Shown in pieces: positions 10,805 through 14,612 of a stretch of 14,612 nt of DNA. The DNA is from Azolla caroliniana. Its lineage: Eukaryota; Plantae; Polypodiophyta. A program made the position numbers and the translations under genes. The notes beneath the pieces were generated by a model, which saw nothing but the letters and a program-made list of their open reading frames with translations, was not told the origin of the DNA and searched no databases. How positions within the stretch are numbered: the stretch's first letter is position 1; every line of letters begins with the position of its first letter. The stretch spans positions 1 through 14,612 of the forward strand of contig JBHGNT010000852.1 of the NCBI GenBank assembly GCA_043228905.1, written 5' to 3'.

Positions 10805-11062
10805 CTCCATTTTGGATTGACCTATACTAGAGATCTTCCAAGACAAAAAGTACAATATATCACTTGTGAATCTTACATTTATAAATGACAAGACTCTTGG
10901 TCACATCTTAATTCTATTTCTATTTACTTTTTTACTTAGTTGCATTTATTTTGGTCTCCTATTCTCAAAGACGAGAAAATATTTTCAGATGTAATCTCTT
11001 TTATGGTCTGATAGGCCATTTTGGCGTCATAAAATAAGTTAACTTTCTTTCTTCTTTCATTC
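10805..11062 (+). mobile_element. Truncated 3' end of the same LINE family between the two genes
   Basis: gacctatactagagatcttccaagacaaaaag...ttctcaaagacgag...agatgtaatctct...ggtctgataggccattttggc followed by ctttctttcttctttcattc. Aligns with 5899-6200 and 4400-4640. Confidence 0.78.
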
Positions 11063-11362
11063 TAGAAAGAAGAGAGAATTTGTCAATTGTATCATCAGGT
11101 AGTGGAATATGAACACTATGTTTATTACTATAGTGTTTTTTTATCAATAAGAGGGAGATATAATTGCCTCTTTAAGCCAGGCTTCGGCCCACTACGCAAG
11201 GTAATGGAATATGCAGTATAAATCTTGAGCTAGGACTTCCTTCTTTAGTAGTCAACTTGACAGCCATTTCATGTTTATGGCTTGTGCATTCATGATTCTT
11301 ACTCAAAATGTACACATCTCTGAACCTAGGGTTTACATGCTCTACTATTTTATTGGAAAATG

Positions 11363-12924
11363 TCAACATGAAAGTGTTTCCAATCCATCAGGAGAGTTTG
11401 CCAAATAATCGGTTCCATGGCTATCAACATGGAAGAATTTCATAATCTGTTGCATTGAGTTACCAATAAAAGCTTAGGCAGAAAACGAAGTCGCAGATTG
11501 TTTCGCTTTACAAAATAAAGGAGAATTAGAATGCATAACCAAATAAATTTGAAGAAAACCTTTGGGGGCAAAGCATCACAAACAGCTTCCAGGTAGTAAT
11601 CCCATGACACCCCATCTAAGCTGGCTGTTTCTTCAACAGCAGGAGGTGCTGCATGTAAATATTGAGTGCCCTCTTGGAGAACAAGAATCTTCTCATCACA
11701 ATAGCAAAACCTATAAGTAAATATCCTATATAATCAGCACTGCTGTATAACAGAAAAAAACTGAGTGTGTCAAATGAAATAATCTTAATAGCCCAATTGT
11801 GAGATCATGTTTATAAAAGTTTCTCGTTTACTTAGTATACAAGTCTGAAATAGGAGACTTCAAAGGAAATTGCTCATTTCGCAGAGGATGTTTTCCAGAA
11901 AAGGTTTGAACTTGAAAAAGAAAGAATAGAAATTACACATTGGTAAGGCACGGGATGATTCCCAACTCCAATTCAGTCCACGTATTGTTCCCTGTAAACA
12001 ATAGAAAACAGTTTATATTCATTTGATGTCTTCTACATCTCCAATGTTTTGACCGTAGCTAGAGAGAGATCCTAAATGCAATCAAAGGACTCATCAAGTT
12101 ACGATGATAAATTTTGATAGATTGGACTTCAAGACAAGCCTTTGAAATAACACAGTCCCATAACCTAGCACAGATGATGGTTTTCTGCATATTATAATCC
12201 TTTACCGAGTAAAATCTGATGAATTTTCACAGGTCGGCAGTTACTATCAACTCAAATAGTTTGATCAACTGCTGAAGTAATGCAGTTTCATAACCCAGCA
12301 TGAACTTCTGCATATTTATGGTAATCCTTTGCCAAGTGAAATTCTCAACAATCCCCACCATGACATATCTGATGCCAGTAATGTGACACCATAGTATCTT
12401 TAGCCATTGTATAAACACTTCAGGTATGCTACAAAACGAGCACTTCCAGAATATATTCAAATTCAAAATGGTCACAAACCAAAACAAAAGTTATGCCAAT
12501 GCACTTGTAACTTGCCCTCCCTCTTTGCAGATTCAACAAACCAGGCATACTCAGGAATGATTGTTCTTGGGTTCCAAGATGCAGATACATGACACTTTGT
12601 TCTTCTTAATTGATGACCTAATTGATTTATCTGTATATGCTACAGGCATTGAGACACAGGATTTGGGAATGCATATTTCTTTTCATGCCTTCATTTCCAA
12701 TAAACATATGTTCCCAAATCCCGAGTCTCAATGCCTGTAGCATATACAGATAAATCAATTAGGTCATCAATTAAGAAGAACAAAGTGTCATGTATCTGCA
12801 TCTTGGAACCCAAGAACAATCAGGCCAATACTGACGTTCTGGGTGTTGTGACCCCGTGTGCATAAACTTTTCAGTTGTGTAATGGAATCATCAAGAGATG
12901 CACACGGATCTAGTTGAAGAAGGC
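11363..12924 (-). CDS. 3' part of an unidentified spliced gene; complement join of 12924-12836, 12630-12512, 12428-12295, 11991-11937, 11710-11560, 11446-11363 (stop); weak resemblance to ICE2/NARG2 C-terminal region
   Basis: Six AG/GT-bounded segments join in frame: LLQLDPCASLDDSITQLKSLCTRGHNTQN|INQLGHQLRRTKCHVSASWNPRTIIPEYAWFVESAKREG|NIPEVFIQWLKILWCHITGIRYVMVGIVENFTWQRITINMQKFML|GNNTWTELELGIIPCLTN|VFCYCDEKILVLQEGTQYLHAAPPAVEETASLDGVSWDYYLEAVCDALPPK|IMKFFHVDSHGTDYLANSPDGLETLSC*. The donor near 12512 is weak or ambiguous. Could be a pseudogene. Confidence 0.55.
12558..12822. repeat. Long inverted repeat: 112-bp arms (12558-12669 and 12711-12822), 41-nt loop
   Basis: 12558-12655 is the exact reverse complement of 12725-12822 (98 bp). 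The next 14 bp pair with 2 mismatches. Confidence 0.97.
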
Positions 12925-13094
12925 CTGTGTAAAATAATGAGACTATGTATGTGCTAGGTCATGTATAAAAATACTTAGATGCCCAAGAAATTGAAAAAGA
13001 GCCTATCCAAATAAATTAGTTGATTGAGGAAATTGTAGAGGTACAATGTGTTATCAGAAATGGGTGTATTTAACTATAACAGCAAAGTATTTAC

Positions 13095-13214
13095 ATTTTT
13101 GGAGGTACAAATATAGGATAGGAAACACATATGGGTCAAGCAGTGCAGAAGGATAACTCGTTGCTGTCAAATTAATAGGACAATATGCTGTATGAGGATA
13201 ACCCAAAACCAAAG
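13095..13214 (-). CDS. Possible further upstream exon of the unidentified gene (LVLGYPHTAYCPINLTATSYPSALLDPYVFPILYLYLQK)
   Basis: CTGCAG acceptor, open frame, phase-1 donor T|GTAAAT compatible with the phase-1 acceptor at 12924. No homology support. Confidence 0.3.
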
Positions 13215-13537
13215 CTGCAGATTACAGTCCTCCATATTACAACAGTTGTGATTGTTTCATTGGCATCGTAAGGCTCAGGTATCACATTGACATTCACCAT
13301 TAAAACTCAAATCTAAATAAATGTATAAGAAAGCAGAGATGGCTTCAGCTGTGTTGCACAGGATCATACTGCAATATTCCTTGTGGGAATTAAAAAGCAA
13401 CTTCCAGAACAAAGTATTTCATGTGGCAATGGTGCAGTGCAAATTACCACCACTAAAGATGCCAGAACATGGAGAATTCCAATGTACATTACAACTAAAT
13501 TTCAAATGCCAGAAGACCAGATAACTCTGCATAGTGG

Positions 13538-13724
13538 GACAGGTGACTGCTGAGCCCCACTAGGATTTTAAATAAAAACTAAAAGACAAACAGCAAAGAA
13601 TTTAAATGTGGCCTATACAAGAAGCGTTGACGACAGATGACTGCTAATTCCTACTCAGAATTTAAATAAAAACTAAAAGATGAAGAGCAAAGGATTTAAA
13701 TCTGGACTATGTAATAAGTGTTGA
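13538..13724. repeat. Tandem duplication, two units, 94-bp period, roughly 80% identical
   Basis: Both units read gacag.tgactgct...tttaaataaaaactaaaaga...agcaaag.atttaaat.tgg.ctat...aag.gttga, starting at 13538 and 13632. Confidence 0.9.
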
Positions 13725-13832
13725 GTATATAGACAAAAGTGTAAAAACTTATGCTCCTATTTTATAAACTATATTACCTAACTGCACTGAAATTTTCAAA
13801 GGGAAAAGCTGGCATCCACTGTAATTTTTTAC

Positions 13833-13969
13833 CCAAGCCTTTCAAAGACTGTTGAATGCCTCCTTTCCTTTGTGTGTATGTAAAATACTGAAGAAACTAC
13901 CAGTAGAGCATTCACAAATCTACCCCTATTTCTTTGTTTCTTTCTTTCAACAATTGGATACATCAATAT
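13833..13969 (-). CDS. Possible upstream exon (ILMYPIVERKKQRNRGRFVNALLVVSSVFYIHTKERRHSTVFERLG)
   Basis: TTTTGTAG acceptor, one open frame, donor GG|GTAAAA. I could not link its phase-2 end to the next exon. Confidence 0.25.
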
Positions 13970-14539
13970 CTACAAAACTTTGCTTTTGATCACACTTAGC
14001 ATTGACCCTATGCATGGATCATTGCCTACATGTACCCATGCATATCATACAAAGAACCTAGTAAACCCCTTAGTTAACCATAACCCTTGTTAATGTATGC
14101 CCTGATAGAGATTATACGGTAGTATATCACCTCAATCATACATAAAACTACTGCAATCCTACAAACGTAATCAAATGCATGAAGCAAGCATACAACAATG
14201 AATGCTACTCTGTGACTGTTCACCATATGAGATCGTAAAATCTGTCAAATGAGCAAGGGAAAGCCCAAGTGGCTGGATGAGGTGAACATGTACAGCAATA
14301 AACACTCCCCTTACCAATGGTTATATTGTCAATGCAAGACCACAGAGAGCAATTGAATGAAAAAAGTGAGTTCAGGTGGCCTTACGTGAATCTGGGGCAG
14401 TACACTCAGCAGTGCTTATCATAGGCCGATGCAGCACCACAAAAACATTAAAAAAAAGCTAATACAACAGACTCAAGGCCCTTCAATTATAATTTCTTGG
14501 CAAATGGTCAGAAGGATAAATGATTCAACTTGACGGTTT

Positions 14540-14612
14540 TCCTTCTTTACTCTTTTAGTCTATTGCATTTATTTTGGTTTGTTCTCAAAGACTTAATCTC
14601 TCTTAAAGATGT
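14540..14612 (+). mobile_element. Another copy of the LINE 3' UTR, cut by the window edge
   Basis: ttgcatttattttggtttgttctcaaagac...aagatgt matches 10940-10992 and the other copies. Confidence 0.6.

Noticed and set aside
11172-11369. 65-aa ORF overlapping the stop of the upstream gene
   Set aside because: Different frame from the last exon and no recognisable motif, so most simply 3' UTR. A frameshifted continuation is possible if the gene is decaying.
12558-12822. MITE or CRISPR-like interpretation of the inverted repeat
   Set aside because: No TSD or known TIR signature seen, and one arm continues seamlessly into unique exon sequence. There is no repeat-spacer array or cas gene in this eukaryotic window.
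14195-14242. Possible small minus-strand exon (FTISYGEQSQSSIHC)
   Set aside because: Splice signals are plausible, but it is too short and has no homology support.

Overview
AT-rich eukaryotic genomic DNA with GT-AG introns, not a prokaryotic locus. The main feature is a minus-strand multi-exon gene for dynein regulatory complex subunit 7 (DRC7/CCDC135/FAP50). I traced 12 phase-consistent coding exons by hand (10399 to 252, 872 codons), and the C-terminal exons lie left of the window. Upstream on the same strand (about 11363-12924, probably extending further) are spliced exons of a second, unidentified gene with a tentative resemblance to the ICE2/NARG2 C-terminal region. The strongest structural anomaly is a near-perfect 112-bp inverted repeat (12558-12822). 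One arm is the 3' splice site plus the start of an exon of the second gene; the other is an inverted copy in the same intron. Introns and intergenic DNA carry a decayed LINE and several truncated 3' ends of the same family, sharing a terminal stem-loop and a microsatellite tail. A flagellar gene in this context suggests a land plant with motile sperm such as a fern (inference only). All homology calls come from remembered motifs; no searches were run.
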